61,768 nt of DNA, filler included, from Choristocarpus tenellus KU-1152 (GCA_964200185.2; 13 parts of 13 records of this genome joined end to end with filler, not necessarily neighbours in it); one strand, 5' to 3'; shown: positions 1 to 13,562, counted from the first letter of the whole stretch. Notes: generated by a model from the sequence alone, not told the origin. Translations and numbers: made by a program.

Positions 1-212
1 ATGGAAGATCCACTTTGTTCTAACGTCTTGACTGGTGGTGATGAAGCCCCACCTTTGATGGTGCTCCTCGCTCCTAAGTTAAACCTTGACCAACCTTAAC
101 CTTGTACCCTCGGTCACGGTTTGTCCAAGTTCGTGTGGTCCGTCTTGCCCGGTGATTCTCTTCGCCACCCTTGTCGGAGTGAACCACGCCGCCACAGAAT
201 CACACGATTCAC
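1..212 (-). repeat. LTR-like dispersed repeat, copy 1 (truncated by window start)
   Basis: Reverse complement (TGTGAATCGTGTGATTCTGTGGCGGCGTGGTTCACTC...GTGGATCTTCCAT) aligns by eye with 43552-43783 and 44664-44736. All copies start at the same TG, as an LTR would. No PBS or PPT seen. Confidence 0.65.
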
Positions 213-1329
213 ATAAGGAGGCAGATTGAACGGAGCACGTCTCACCCTACTCGAGAAATTAGATTCGAATGCTGAATTTGCTTAAATTACAGGTCAATGC
301 GTAGTCGTCGGTTCTTGTTGAATTTTATTTCCTTCATGTTTGGACTTTATTCACGGAGTTCAGAAGCTCTTCAACTTAGTTTAGTTTTGTTGTTTCTTGT
401 CGGTATTGAATCGGATGGATTATGAAGGATACACAGACTCGTGACCGCTCAGAATTGTTTATACTGGGGAGGGTGTTCGTATAGACTCTTCCGATAACCC
501 TACTCTAGTAAATTGAATGAGGAGTCAGAGTACTACCGCTAGTGGTTAGTAAACCCACGACTTTTTTCGGATGATACAAACTATTTCTGATGTGACAGGG
601 CGCTTCCATACCCCGCCTCGTCCAACACAGTCGCTCTACCTCGCCAAGCAACAGTGGCTCTTCTACTCCTCCGTGTGAGACCGGCCATACTTCAACGCCA
701 TATACTGGACCATTATTAGGGGTTTTCAATTAGACATGTCTGGACGTGGAGACATTTCTCTTCCAGTCCTTACTGAGGCCTGAGGTAGGAGATACCTGGA
801 GCCGTTAACAACTGTAGAGGGTACGTTCAAGGTACTCGGTGAAGTGCCAAAGGAGGAGGAGCAACCGAGGTTGGATGTTAGTATGGTTGGCAGTAGGAAG
901 AATCCCTAAGTCCAAGCTGTGGCAGGTTCATAGGTGTCAGCCGATGGCTGTTCGTGTGTAGGTCATCTCTCAGAGGCCTGTTTAGGGTTTCAAAGCAGGC
1001 AGCGAATGATTCTTGGTGTGAAGATCGATTTTTAGATGTCAAACAGCGTCATGGAACAGACCGCAGTCGCAAAGTGATGTATGTGGATTGGCGAGATAGA
1101 GGCGCGAGAAGAAAGAAAACTGGAGCAGACTTGACCCCTGCTAGGTTGGTACCTGTGGCATTTAAAGGTGTATCAATACGTAAGGAAGAAAAAATAATTC
1201 CTCCTTTCTGAATTAAGTGCAACATAGCTTTTGCAGCCCCAATGAAGAGGCTACATGTTTTTGCAGAGGTTCATATTTCATGGGTGTATTGTGCAGACAC
1301 TAACAAGATTGCCCACCGAAATTTTAACC

Positions 1330-2750
1330 AAAATGGGGCATCCTACACCGATCTATGATTCCGCCCCCAAAGCCCTCCAAACCTCCATTCCAGCGCAATG
1401 TTTCACCACCTCCACTGGGACATATTTGGGGGGAGATAGTCCGCCTTCTCGGCCTTTCCCTTGATAAGGTCGGGAATTTTGAAGATGTTGTCACTCATAG
1501 AGTGAAAAGAGGCTCTGGCAGACGCGCCCTAGTGTCTCCCAGGGGTACACATCAAATAACTCCATTGTGGCCTCCAACACCTCCTCTGTGTTTGTCAACC
1601 CCACGTCTCCCTTCAGTTGCTGGATGGAATGAGAGAATCCCAGGTCGTTGATGCTGAGGTTAGGGGAGTTGACTGGCTGGGTCTCTATGACAATGTTGTC
1701 CCCAGCCGCCTCGTCGATTGCCTCCATGATCCCCCCCTTGATGTGTGGCTTTGGCCCGTCCCGCTGCACAAAGATGGCTCAAAGTATCTGGGGGGAGTGG
1801 CGACTGTCCATTTGGGGTCAATTTTTTCATGTCGCGAGTTTTCGGTGGTTTGGTTGCATACTTCATATGGATAATGTAAAGTGCACTTTTCCTGGGTTTG
1901 TCCCAAATGGATACCCTGGTGTAGACCTCCCCCCCTCCCCAGATGCCTTGGGTCAAATGGTGTAACCTTCCGGCCTAGGCATGCTGGCCTTGATTGCCAG
2001 GATGAAATCCTCGATCATGAGCTTGTCATACCTCTCGCCGTCCACTATGGCCGGCGCAAGCACCTCGATGCCCTTGGGGCGGTGTTTGCTGGACCCATGA
2101 GCGACCCTAGTATCAACGATTGACCAGATTTCCCATTGAACCATACCCTGTTGGAGAGGTTCGTAGGGCAGGGCTCACGGCTGCAAGGAACATCACCTTC
2201 ATGAAGTAGCACTTACTCTGTGCTAGTGGGGATATGGGGGGGTCCTCAGTGGGATGCAGATACACACCCTGCCCATCTTTGAGGATGTAAAACCGCTTCT
2301 CTTACACATGCACCCAGACATACACATCGTCCACTGACACCCCACTTCCCCGCCCCTGTGCGTGTGGCTGATGATGAAACCCACCCTGTTGACTTTCTGT
2401 CGGTCTGAAAAGACTGATTCAATCCACTGTTTGACAATCTTCACCTTCTCGCGCTTGCACAGATCCCACAACAAGGCAAGGGAGACCCCAGCTTTGGTCA
2501 CCCATTTGCGGAAGGATGCGTGTTGTACCAATGGGACATCCCAAAGATCAAGGATATTATTATGGCAGTCACATCGCCCCTTGCGACATCTTGCAAGGTC
2601 CATGCATTTACCCCATACGATTTGGCTGTCGTACTCATTCAGATGGCGGAACACAGTGATTCGAGAAATTCCAAGTCCTCCACGATGGGCTCCCCCATCA
2701 CCCGAGGCATCAGAGTCTCGTGCCCTCTTGCCTCCAGGCATCGCGCCACC
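1330..2750 (-). mobile_element. Degenerate mariner-like (IS630-Tc1-mariner) transposase remnant
   Basis: Frameshifted minus-strand motifs HV*EKRFY (cf. HIDEKWFY), FVQRDGPKPH (cf. QQDNAxPH) and QPVNSPNLSINDLGF (cf. QPPNSPDLNxLDLGFF), typical of plant/oomycete-type mariners. 37 residues separate the last two Asp. Interrupted by a MITE at 1776-1954. Confidence 0.85.
1776..1954. mobile_element. MITE family 1 (~180 bp), inserted in the mariner remnant
   Basis: Termini GGCTCAAAGTATCTGGGGG / CCCCAGATGCCTTGGGTC. Splits the mariner reading frame at ..EGYTI|FVQ.. Confidence 0.85.
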
Positions 2751-3751
2751 ACAATTGCTCTTTGTTGGGGGGTGTTTGAGTCGTGACCCTGAACAGCTTT
2801 CTGGGCCAAAGAATTGAGACTGATGGGTGACGACGGGATGAGTGAGCCGCTTAAATGACGAGGGGCCTTTGTCCCAGGAATCTCAATAAACACCCACTTT
2901 GAGAGCTTTGGGAGGTTTTTGAAGCCCATCAAGAGCGACTTGATCGACTTTGCACTGGTAATCCTCCAAAGTCATGACAGCCCACCATCATCTCCAACTT
3001 TGCACGCCTCCCAATCCATAGGAGGACGAAGCCTGGTGCAGAGGGCTTATCACGTAGGCCGTTCCTGAGCGAGAGCAGAGCTTGCAAAAGTTACACTACC
3101 TATAATTCCGAACGAAGGGAGTAATGCCTCGGTTACAAGGACACAAAAATATTTGTATCTTCTAACGGGGCTGGGGTATGGCCCTGGTCCAGTGTGTCGA
3201 TCCTGTAACTTCTGGTGTTTGGTGTCAATTTCTCGTTCAGCTCTTAAGGGGGCTGTACCCTGGATCAATTTTGTGGCTTTGAACCCCATCTATATCAGAC
3301 TTATTTTTCTGGAATTCTTGTTTCGATCCTAAGCCTACGTAGCAACAACTATGGATTGTGCAGCTGTACTCGGTTACAGGCGCCCCTCAATTCTTTCCTT
3401 TCCAGGATGTACAAGTCAAATCTTATTCACGGACCAACTCACGTCAGCTCAGCAGAACAGTAGTACTGTCAGGTGAATCAAGTAGCACAAGAAAGGTGTG
3501 TAAATATGTATCAGTAAGATAGAACAGAATAGGTAGGGCTCTATAGGTCAGAAGAACTGAGCCGTTAAGAGCCGTTTTTAGGATGTCTTATCATCATTTA
3601 CTATTAAAGGCGAATAGCGCGAGCGTTTCTTCCTGTATTTGAACGATGTGCAAGCATTTGTCACACGTGAATAGCGCTGGAAAGGTGAGCATTGAGGGGC
3701 ACCTGTAACATGGAGGTCCTACCGCCTCTCTTCAAACTGGAGATATTACTC

Positions 3752-3851
3752 NNNNNNNNNNNNNNNNNNNNNNNNNNNNNNNNNNNNNNNNNNNNTTAAT
3801 TAATTAANNNNNNNNNNNNNNNNNNNNNNNNNNNNNNNNNNNNNNNNNNNN
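3752..3851. other. Artificial contig spacer N..TTAATTAATTAA..N (first of 12)
   Basis: The same 100-bp spacer with a six-frame stop linker recurs at 13244-13343, 16106-16205, 25561-25660, 28701-28800, 33742-33841, 38663-38762, 41948-42047, 44737-44836, 49287-49386, 53143-53242 and 58620-58719. Short 10-N gaps at 22082, 27601 and 44342. Confidence 0.98.
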
Positions 3852-6786
3852 CTCCAAAAGTGCCGCAACATTTACAAAAAAAGAACATATGGGCACTTTC
3901 CTCGCACCATTTTGGGTCAAACCCATCCTCCATAGTATGCTACATCCTCAATTTTGGTGAGAGGCTGTTAACTATTGAATAGTGTTTCTTACATTGGTGT
4001 TTGAGAAATAACGGTAGCAGGTCCTAAACATCACCTCTTTTAGTGGCGAGAGGGTTGGCAACTACGCCCAAAGATTACGACTGTTACTGTAATAGTTTCG
4101 GACTGGGCAATGAAAATAAAAAAATCAAGGGAAATGACCAAAAATGGTACTGAAAAGGAGAGGAAATATTGTATAAATTGGTTGTTACTATTGATAGTTG
4201 TGCTACAACTTGTACTGTACCATACTGTTATTCCAGAAGAATGCAAAAGGGTGTGCAGATCCTTCAATCTCCACCTCATTGAACACGCCAGGCTAGAGGT
4301 GAGTGCCATTATGCCTAGGGGTGCGTGAGATACAATTCATCCACTGTTGCTGTTGGCGACTGCACATGAATTGTGGACCTCTAACAATTCCTCATCTGCG
4401 AACACTTTTGATTGCCTCTCCCTCCCTATCACAAAGCACTGGTTGATGACCTAATCCTCCATGACAAAATAGATGTTGAGCACACCTAAGAACCCTTCTT
4501 CTCCAGATAGATAACGTGTTGTATCCTCACCAATAGAATCTCTTCCAGAATCCAGAGCCACTCATTCATCACCACCTTCCTCTGTCTGCTGATAAGACAA
4601 GTATTTATGGCAAGAGGTACGACAAGCCAACCAAGTCTTAAGGAGCTGGCGGTCGTCTGGTGGAGGACAAGGAGAATGGGGAAAGAAATCTCCCATCCTT
4701 AGTAGTCGCCCTGCTGGTTGACTACCTTCAGCTACAATTCAACGTATCCAGTACCAAAGTGCGGACAAATCAACTTTCCTCCCCAGACAGAGTTATCTCA
4801 TAGATCACTCACCACCATATTATTAAATATAGTCACCCATGAGATTCCGCATCAACTTGACTGAGGTGTAAAATGTACGTGTAGTAGAACTTGGCATGTA
4901 CTTCCTTATCCTAGGTCGCATCCCGTTCCACCTTGGGGGAAAGTAGCAGTCACTCACAAAGTGTTCGAAGCATCCACATGCACTAGACAGGAGGGAATGA
5001 TTGTGGAGACCCAATGAAGATTTCATCGTTCAAAAAATATTATTCGAGCGACATTGTAAAAAAAAAAAAGCTTATATCTCTAGAACAACCTTGAATAATG
5101 CTTCATTCCGAATATCTTTAGATACTCCGGGTGAGTGAGATCTAAAGAGCAAAAACTACATGGCCTTCAAGAGGTCACACAACATTCACATAAGGAAAAT
5201 CTTTGTTGGCCGAACTCCATTATATTTTTTGGCAAGCGTGAATCAAGGGAAAATATAGCATCAACCCTTTTCTCCACAACCCTGTGCCTTTGAAAATGCA
5301 AAACTGCTGCATGCAGTATCCATGAGGAGTATCTGTAAGCTACAGAACCACAATTCAACGGAAAGGAGCAGGACGTTGACGTGTCAAAAACGCGTTTTTA
5401 TTCTGACAAGGAGTTTGAAATTACCATGTAGAGCCGAGGGGGGTAAATTTCAGTATTTGATCAGGGAGAGGTTCGAATGTCTCCCATATTTTGAGTAGAT
5501 CAGGAAGGGGAGCAAGATGTATGGAGACTAGCTTGAGGTTGAAGAGGAAGAAACTTGGAACCTTGGGTGTTCCACTTAGAAGGATGAACCTATCCATCAG
5601 TGGAAGTAACTGAAGAAGCTGTTGCTGCGCACCTAAATACACAAGGCTATTTAGTTTGTGTAGGTAAGATTGATATTGGGGTGGAACATTTGAGGCAGGA
5701 GATAACGAAATTGGCGCCTGAATCATGAAAAGCATTTACATCACCTTTTCTCAGTCAACTTACATCATATAACCTTGTACGCACACAGATTTATATATGC
5801 GTCTGTTACTTATGTTGGAAGCATATAGATTTCTTGAACCTAGCAGATCTGAAGCTCCCCAACTTCACTCTCATAAAACAATCAATATGCCCTATAAACC
5901 ACCTGGCAGGAGAGTCATTGCAGCATATGTTGTGTGGTATCTGCTTGCCACACAAAAAGAAATTGGGGGTTGTGACTGCAATATTAAACTATGGGCAAAA
6001 AGATTAAAATCAGTCCTGATATCACAGCACGACCTAGTCCCCTAACGTCCTTCAACCCCATGTTCCATCACATTTCTGTCACAGAGTGGGTTCAACCCGC
6101 CACGTTACTCAATCCCCTACCATGGTATCTATCTGTACTTCATTTTTTTTTTAAACAATTCACCTACACAGGCAAAAAGGTCTATTACCTGGTAGGCATT
6201 GGGATCTTCACAGCCAGCTGGACAGTGAGATTACAACAACCTCGTGAGATTGTTCTCGCACATTTATGTTTTCACAGCACTTGACAAGCACACCCACTCC
6301 TGCTTAACATTTGCCAACCTGCAGGCTTTTCTCCTCAGAAAAATAGGGTCAAGAACTTTTCTATATCATAGATACAAGAAATGCCCCGGACAAAAACCAA
6401 AAGAGGTCGTCAAGCTTGTCATGGCATCAGTATCTATTGCAGAACATAAACTGTATTGCACTAGTATGGCACTAGAGGTCAACTCCATCAGAAATGCTTG
6501 TGCTGACAGGCACACCATGTGGTACCATATCACTGAAACCTCCCCCAAGAAATACCTCATTCACCATTCCTATGCTACATGGGATACACAACATGTACAA
6601 TTCCTTTGCCTTACTGGGATCAAACATCCAAGCTATCCACTCAAGTATACCATGCCTAATGGACATTCCAGGGGTGTTCCTGCCTAATAAACACCTCTGT
6701 CCATAGGTACCACTCACCCAGGCAAGTGTACCTCGGCCTATTGTTCAGATTCCCTGCTGAAACATCCACGTCTCAACTCATCTCTC

Positions 6787-9659
6787 TCACTTTTTCTTGA
6801 AGTGGTTCTTCGCCAGAGAGTAAAGTAACACACCTGCAATGGCGACAGCAGACCCCGCCAGTCCCAAAGGAGTAAGCTTATGGTTGAACACAATGACGCT
6901 GACAGCAATCAGGAAGACTCGCTTGAGTGTGTTCGCCACAGCATGGGTAACAGGGTGGATGGCATTGAGGCAGTAGAATGCAACCTCACTGTAGGGTAAG
7001 GAGGGTGAGGAGGGAGAGGAGGGAGAGGAGGGAGAGGAGGATGAGGAGAAAATTAAGCTGTCGATATATTCCACCTTGTGACAAAGTTGCTGTTTCTGCC
7101 TTGAAGACTGCATAGTCACTTCACAATACACTATCCTGTACCTCTCTATCCTCACCCACCCCTTCCATTCACTGTAGTGACAGCAACCACCCAACCCAGC
7201 ATCAAATGCTCACTTGTACATGTAGAACAAGAGTCCACTGAGGATGGTTCCTGTGTAGATGGCTCTGCTGGTGTGCCCAGCAGCAATTGCTGCCTCCCAT
7301 AGCCCCATTAAGCGGGGCCCCTCAACAATAGCAGCAAAGGGTGCCAGCATGAAGGTGGCCATGATAGTCATAACTGCATAAAGGTTACCAGCATCCATGT
7401 TCTCACCCTTGGGTTCATCCATGGATGCCTATGTAAACGTATCAAAAGAAGTGACAGAAAGGTGAAGTGATCAATTACTAGCAATAGAGATCATTTTGGT
7501 GTTAACATGCATCAGGCTCACCAGAGGCAGTGCTGTCCTGTATAAAGGGAAGGGAAGAAGGTCCTATCTTGTCGAATTATACGCTACAATCGTGCCAGTC
7601 TGTGCTCAGAAGCAGATTTTTCTAAACAGGAATTGAGAATTCCCCAAACTGTGGAGATATGGCATTGGGCAAGGGAGAACGGGCTGTGGAGACACAAACA
7701 TGTGGTACATCTTTGAATACAAAAAAGGTACCTCTAAAAGTGTACTAAGTATTAGCTCAGGTAACAAATCCCTTTTATCTCCTTCCAAACAGGAACCAAG
7801 ACTAACACACTAACAAACACACACACACAAAAAAAAATAGGACTATTAAGTTGCCCACTAAGACCAACCTTTGCCAGGACACCACGGGAGGCTGCCGCTC
7901 CATTGGATATCATAGCACCACCAAAGCTGACCCAGCTGATTTTCATTACAACAAGGAGCGCGGGAGGTCAGTCACAGCAGGTGGGGATAGTTGTTGAATG
8001 CTTTGCAGTAGGTGATAGGTGAGGAGGTATGATACCAAACAATCAATCATGACCAAACCGTATAACTGGGTCAGGATAATCGGTTCACCTGGTAGCATCA
8101 GTACAGAAACAGGGAAAGGGAGACTTCCTCCAATGCAAAGTTTCAACAGTGAATGCAATGTCCAGAAGCAAACTTGGTGAAAATATTATAACATTGCCGA
8201 TGCAAGAAACTAACGTCAGCATTATGTTGGAACAATTTGAGGGCCGTAACATCCTAGCCGATACAAGTCAACTTGGTAAAAAGTGCATGGTATTATTCTG
8301 TGCTGAATGCGGAGAACGACTTAAAAAAATAGCTTTGAGTCAATATACTTTAAAATAATGCTTTGTCGAGGGCAAAATTATGCAGGGCAATGCAGCTCTC
8401 AACATCATACACACAAAAGTTCGTTCTTTCCCCATCCAAATCAGCTCTAGTTTTTGTTGTACTTATAGTCCCTACAGCACTCACTTGAAACTAATTTCCT
8501 TTGCAGAAGCCACAGCAACACCACTGACAACAGGGATCAGGGCTGCATACACAGGAGCTGGGAAGACCTGACCAAGGAAAACTGCACTGAACACCGATGT
8601 GAAGAATGGTTCGGCTGCCTGTTTGTGGGTTCATCATGAACAAAGAATCGAGCAGGGTCAGCACATTAACCTACAATATGAACAGGGTTGTCAACTCGGT
8701 AGATATAATGTCTCACATCCTCGCGTAAGAAACCTATAGTTGACGCTGAGGACCATAATTCCGTACCTTGACAATTTGAACAAAGCCAACAGCACCGGCG
8801 CCAAGCGCGATGACTGCAGCAATATGGGATGATGTGTGCAGGGCGGCCAGGGGTGCGACAGACTTCATGTTCTCCTTATTCAGTTTTGGTGCCTTGCGGA
8901 GTCCCAACGCCCAGATCAAGTTTACATAAGCTGCACCAACCGCGAGCTGCACCGTGCTCAGGATCCAAGGGATCGAAATCATGTTCAGGGTACGCTTGTT
9001 CGTGATGTTGTACGCGATGGTGAGCACATACCAGACGGTCAAGTAGAAGGAGACCTTGAGTTTTTGCTTGAGTTCTCCTGATGGAACGGCGGCAGGAACG
9101 GCGGAGGGAGCATCACCAGCAGCCGCTGCTGTCATTACCATCTGCTCACGACCTGAGTGCCTCTGTGCAGAAAGGAGATTGGGCAGATAAGTGGTGTGAC
9201 TTACGGGAGATTTTACTGTTGTGAATGATGGGGCACCAAGGAAGACACCTGAGAGTGCTGGAGGAAGCTTCAGGTGCATACAACACGCATATAAGATTGC
9301 TAATCATCGATGAAAGGAGAGGGTATACATTGTCAAAGGGTGTATGTCGTTGAATACTCTACAAGTTCTGACTGTGGGACAAAGGAGAGTTGTCCAGAGA
9401 CACGGAAAATTGTACTTGCACTATTTAAGTTCTCCCTTACATTCCCCGTTGCTGATGCAAGAACTGCGCTCGACGTTCTTGTCCAATGTCCCGCCAAGCA
9501 ATTTTTAACGTGAGACTCCCTGCCATGGACCGAAAAGGCACCGGTCCCACATCGAAGAACAGGGGTTGACCTGGACAACGGTGCATGAAAGGCAGATACA
9601 TCCCTACACAAAGCAACGACCAACAGGGCGCTAGCCAAGCCCGTCCGCCCAAACATCAT
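6787..9659 (-). CDS. Plastid phosphate translocator (triose-phosphate/PEP translocator family), ~410 aa, bipartite plastid presequence
   Basis: Phase-compatible GT-AG exons 9659-9441, 9162-8767, 8618-8485, 7935-7869, 7428-7214 and 6988-6787 (1233 nt). Motifs WYVLTIAYNITNK, GAVGFVQIVKAAEPFF, AMISNGAAASRGV, YNEVAFYCL and THAVANTLKRVFLI. N-terminus MMFGRTGLASALLVVALCRDVSA|FHAP is a signal peptide plus ASAFAP-type motif. The exon 2 acceptor is the least certain boundary. Confidence 0.93.
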
Positions 9660-9944
9660 GAGGAAGGTGTTGGGTAGGTTGTTGTCTCTGCGGATCGTCT
9701 ACCCTCGTGGTTCGCACCGTACTGCAAGCAAAAAGGTGTTGGATGTAGTTGGACACTGCAAATATTAGAAATGGAGATTTAGCAGAGGGTGAAAACGATG
9801 AGATCAAGAAAACCCCGCCATCCGTTACTTCAAGTACGTGATGACAAGGATATCTTATACGAAACAGTTTTTGCTTTTAATGATTCTTGTTGGGTAGTAA
9901 GAAGAACCATTATCATATCTTCAACATATAACAATACAAAACAG

Positions 9945-10415
9945 CTTGGCGGTGGAAAGTTTTGGGCGCCTCAGCAAGGAAGCGGAATGGTTCCTGGATG
10001 AGCTGGCTACGCACATGATGGGGGGGAAAGGAACTGGAGGATATAACAGGAAAGAAGCAATTAAATCCCCGCTACACCAAATTGTCTGAGTAACTAACTG
10101 CACAAGTAGCACTGTCTAGGCGTGTCATGCTTTCTAAGCTGGAGTTACCAGGGAGATGGGCACGGAGGGGTTTGTTGGATACTTGGGATGCCTCCCTAGC
10201 CCTTCACCCTGAGGCACAGAAGTAGGTAGAATGGAGGAGCAGGAAGGCAGTGGTACAACAGAGATAGTAGTAAAATAGCAAATAGATCAATATTTTTCAC
10301 ATTTGTGACACATTATTTTATTTCTTTGGGGCTTATACTGATATGTGACTAGCTCTCATTGGTTTCCCCCCTGACACATCTCCAAATGTGAGAGGGCATG
10401 ATAATATAATTAATA
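9945..10415 (+). mobile_element. 5'-truncated non-LTR retrotransposon 3' end (RLE-type LINE), copy A
   Basis: Encodes AVESFGRLSKEAEWFLDELA.., resembling the C-terminus of restriction-like-endonuclease LINEs. Ends in GGTTTCCCCCCTGACACATCT..AAATGT.AGAGGGCAT plus an (AAT)n-like tail. Homologous to 12525-13025 and 29258-29700. Confidence 0.7.
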
Positions 10416-10974
10416 GAAAACAACGACAGTAATGTTCGATGGTAGGATTTACTTGTAATCAAAACATATTTTCAAACATTCCTCTAACACGAATAATGTG
10501 CTACCCAGAATCTCTTCCTTAATATGCGATTTTCTGGTGTCTGGGAGGCGTGGGTCTATTTAATATTATGCTTTCTCCATACTTTAGAATCCTCTCCTCC
10601 CCGCTTCGAAGATCAGAGGTACTTGCGATGCACAAACGACCCCCAACAGCACAGTCGCGCATGAATGGTATTTTAGAATAAATATGCTTCTCCACAACAA
10701 CCAGGGTTAGTCTAACCCTGCCACGTAGACGCAAACCCCTCCCTCTTTCTTTCCTCCTGGTGCAGCTGGAGCATCATAGAGTTAAAGAACTCTTCCTTTT
10801 TCTCCCCATGCATAGCACACGCAGCTCCCACTTGTGCCTTTCTTTGCTCCTTTAGCTAGACGCTTCTTGGAGTATGAGGGTCATCTATAAAGTCTTCTGA
10901 TTTGGCACCCCTATTCCCAAGCCCAAGAATGCAGCTAACCCCCACAAAACGGAGGCTATGGTTCTAGAAGAAGA

Positions 10975-11250
10975 TATGAGCAGACATTGTGTCCAGACAA
11001 ACAGAAGGTCGCACTCTCCAGAGTGCTAGGAACAGTTGCATTTGAAGGTAATACCGACGTGCCTTAAACTCAACAGGACTCCCTTCGACGATATCCATGA
11101 TTCTACCCATGAGGGGAAGAACGAACAGCTTCGCCATATAATACTCATCAGAAACACAGACGATAGGAACACACAGCATCAAACATAACGTAGTCCAGAA
11201 CATACGCCCACCTCGCTCTATTTAGTTGGGCTCATTAGAGTGCAGATCCT
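10975..11250 (-). pseudogene. Degraded YqaJ-like (lambda-exonuclease family, PD-(D/E)xK) nuclease
   Basis: Across frameshifts, motifs appear in the expected order: ARWAY, SSPHG (cf. ASPDG), PVEFKA (ExK), YYLQMQ (cf. YYxQxQ) and GECDLLFVWT (cf. CDFVVWT). Confidence 0.5.
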
Positions 11251-12524
11251 CCAACCCCTACCACCAACATTTTCAACGTGTCTGAAGGTCGGATGAAGGG
11301 TGATGCAACTAGGGTGCCTTACCTTGTTTGGACGATCTCGGAAATGTTGGACTGGTGACATCTCTTTCATCAGAAAAACTTTAGAAGAATCGCTTACCTC
11401 ACTCAAACCTCACAGTAAATTGATGATGTATTATACTACCCCCCCAAAGCAGGAGTACTCCACACCACCATTGATTGCCAACTCATTCCACACAGTTGGT
11501 GCATTACATACACTCCATCAAATCACTGAAAACATACTACAAGTCCATATATTACATTCCAGAATCCTATCAAATCGAGCACCCACAATTCACAATGTCA
11601 CCTAAATTACTACTCCCTCAAACTTTTAGGTCAATCAAGAGAAGGCTAGCCCATTCATTGAACTGTGCATAATACGATATGAATTACAGTAATATGTAAC
11701 AAAATATAGCGGGATATTTATAGAGACTTCATTCTGGGTTGAAGTCCACATGTTCAATATTTCTTTCTATATCATGATGGAGTTTTCAGGAAACATTGTA
11801 AGGGCTTCTTTTAGTGATTCTAGAAATAGCAGGTGCCAAACCAAACCCCAACATGTATAATTATTACTCTTCTCTTTTCAACCATCTCATCACGTTTAGC
11901 AAGGGGGAATCGTGTGAGGTTTCTTTCATACCCACACAATTAGCAATCTACATATGCACAGTAACTTCTACCCCACTACTTACCTATCAAACTCCAGGTT
12001 CTGTTCCTGACTACGATTCAGATCCACTCAAATTCATGCGGACATACTTTGCTTGAAAGTATCCAGCTCGCCGAAACATTTCCCCCTCTACTTCCACCGT
12101 TGCCCTTGCGATCGTGAGGTTGAGTGGGTGGGGAGATATTGGTTGGATTTATCTCCTTGTCGTTTCCCTCAATCTCTCTCGGTTCTCGGTTTACTTACAT
12201 GTCCCTGTCGATCACACATTAAATATTTCAACTGAGTCATGATATCGTGCCTATTCTGGGGAGATCATACAAATCCTAGACAACTCTCTTTTTTCCTTGG
12301 TCCTTCAAACAATATTTATCCTGCATCTATCCATCTTTCTGATCAAACTCGTAAGGTACCCTTCCCTATTTCCTTCCCTTGCAGTGTCGACAAATAACGG
12401 TATCTTAACCTTCCATCTCTTCCATACTACTCATTCCATCCATATACCAATTGTTGAATAGCTTAGCGCAGGAACGGTTCGTCGTCAGTAGGGGCTGGTT
12501 GAGTAACATGGCGAACTTAAACTG

Positions 12525-13025
12525 TGTTATTTTAATATTTTGCCCTCTGAGATTTTGCAGATGTGTCAGGGGAAAAAACAATGAAAACTATGCACATGTC
12601 AGAAAAATTCCTAAAAAAGTAACAGTTGTCATTAATGTGAAAGACATTCATCTATATACTATTTTACTACCAGCTATGCTACACCACTGCCCTCCTGTGC
12701 CTCCAATCTACCTATTCCTGCACCCCAAAGGTGAGGAGCTAGGGATGTATTCCAAGAATCTAACAAGACCCTTCTTGCTCATTTCCTGGTGTCTCCAGCT
12801 TAAAACGGATGACACGTCTAGACAGTGCTACTTGCGTTGTGACTGAGACTATCTGGCGTAGAGGGGATTTGACCGCCCCTTTTCTGCTGTAGCCTCCTGT
12901 CCCTCTTCCCCCTATTGCGTGCATGGCTACCTCATCCAGAAAACGTTCTACTTGCTTACCGAGGCGCCCCAAACTTTCCACCACGAAGGTGTTAAGGTTA
13001 TAACTACGAGGATCAAAAGATCCCT
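12525..13025 (-). mobile_element. 5'-truncated RLE-type LINE 3' end, copy B
   Basis: ORF 12760-12984 VESLGRLGKQVERFLDEVA..QIVSVTTQVALSRRV, followed by the same 3' motif (CCCCTGACACATCTGCAAAAT..AGAGGGCA) as copy A. Confidence 0.7.
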
Positions 13026-13069
13026 TAATTCGGTGATTATTAATTCCCCACTAGTACTTATCTCAAGCA

Positions 13070-13243
13070 TGATTTATTATTATGCCTGCTGACATTTTGG
13101 AGATGTGTGAGGGGGGAAACCAATGAAACGATCCATTATCACTGATGCATGAATAAATACTGACTCATCATACCGCTATGCACGTTACTCATTGTATTTT
13201 ATTATTTTATTATTATGCCCTCTGACATTTTGCAGATGTGTAA
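13070..13243 (-). repeat. Two short copies of the LINE 3'-terminal motif with (TAA)n tails
   Basis: TATTATTATGCC(C)TCTGACATTTTG(C/G)AGATGTGT on the + strand at ~13075 and ~13208. The same motif occurs on + at ~42190, ~42290, ~44480 and ~58745. Confidence 0.8.
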
Positions 13244-13562
13244 NNNNNNNNNNNNNNNNNNNNNNNNNNNNNNNNNNNNNNNNNNNNTTAATTAATTAAN
13301 NNNNNNNNNNNNNNNNNNNNNNNNNNNNNNNNNNNNNNNNNNNTTGACTACCATATTATTATTCTACAGTGTGGGGTTTGTGATCGTCCACACTAATTTA
13401 CTATGAATAATTTATTTACTTATCTCAAGTATAGAAAGTGAATCTTGAACATGATAAAAAAAAACCAATCAATACTCTGAGTCAGTACATATAATATATC
13501 TGTCACTGGCTCTCTACCCTATCACATAATCCACCAGTGGTGTCTATAGTGTATCAGCAGCA

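Noticed and set aside
3796-3807. Recurrent TTAATTAATTAA motif
   Set aside because: Always centred in N-runs, so it is an artificial six-frame stop linker.
4330-6700. Protein-like broken frames here and at 27920-28340, 45420-45760, 46700-48560, 55480-55800 and 57000-57960
   Set aside because: No family motif or consistent splice chain could be supported. Probably old TE debris.
11280-11330. SCITLHPTF resembling the P2X7-ballast/KolX motif
   Set aside because: The cysteine clusters are absent, and the downstream sequence fits YqaJ better.
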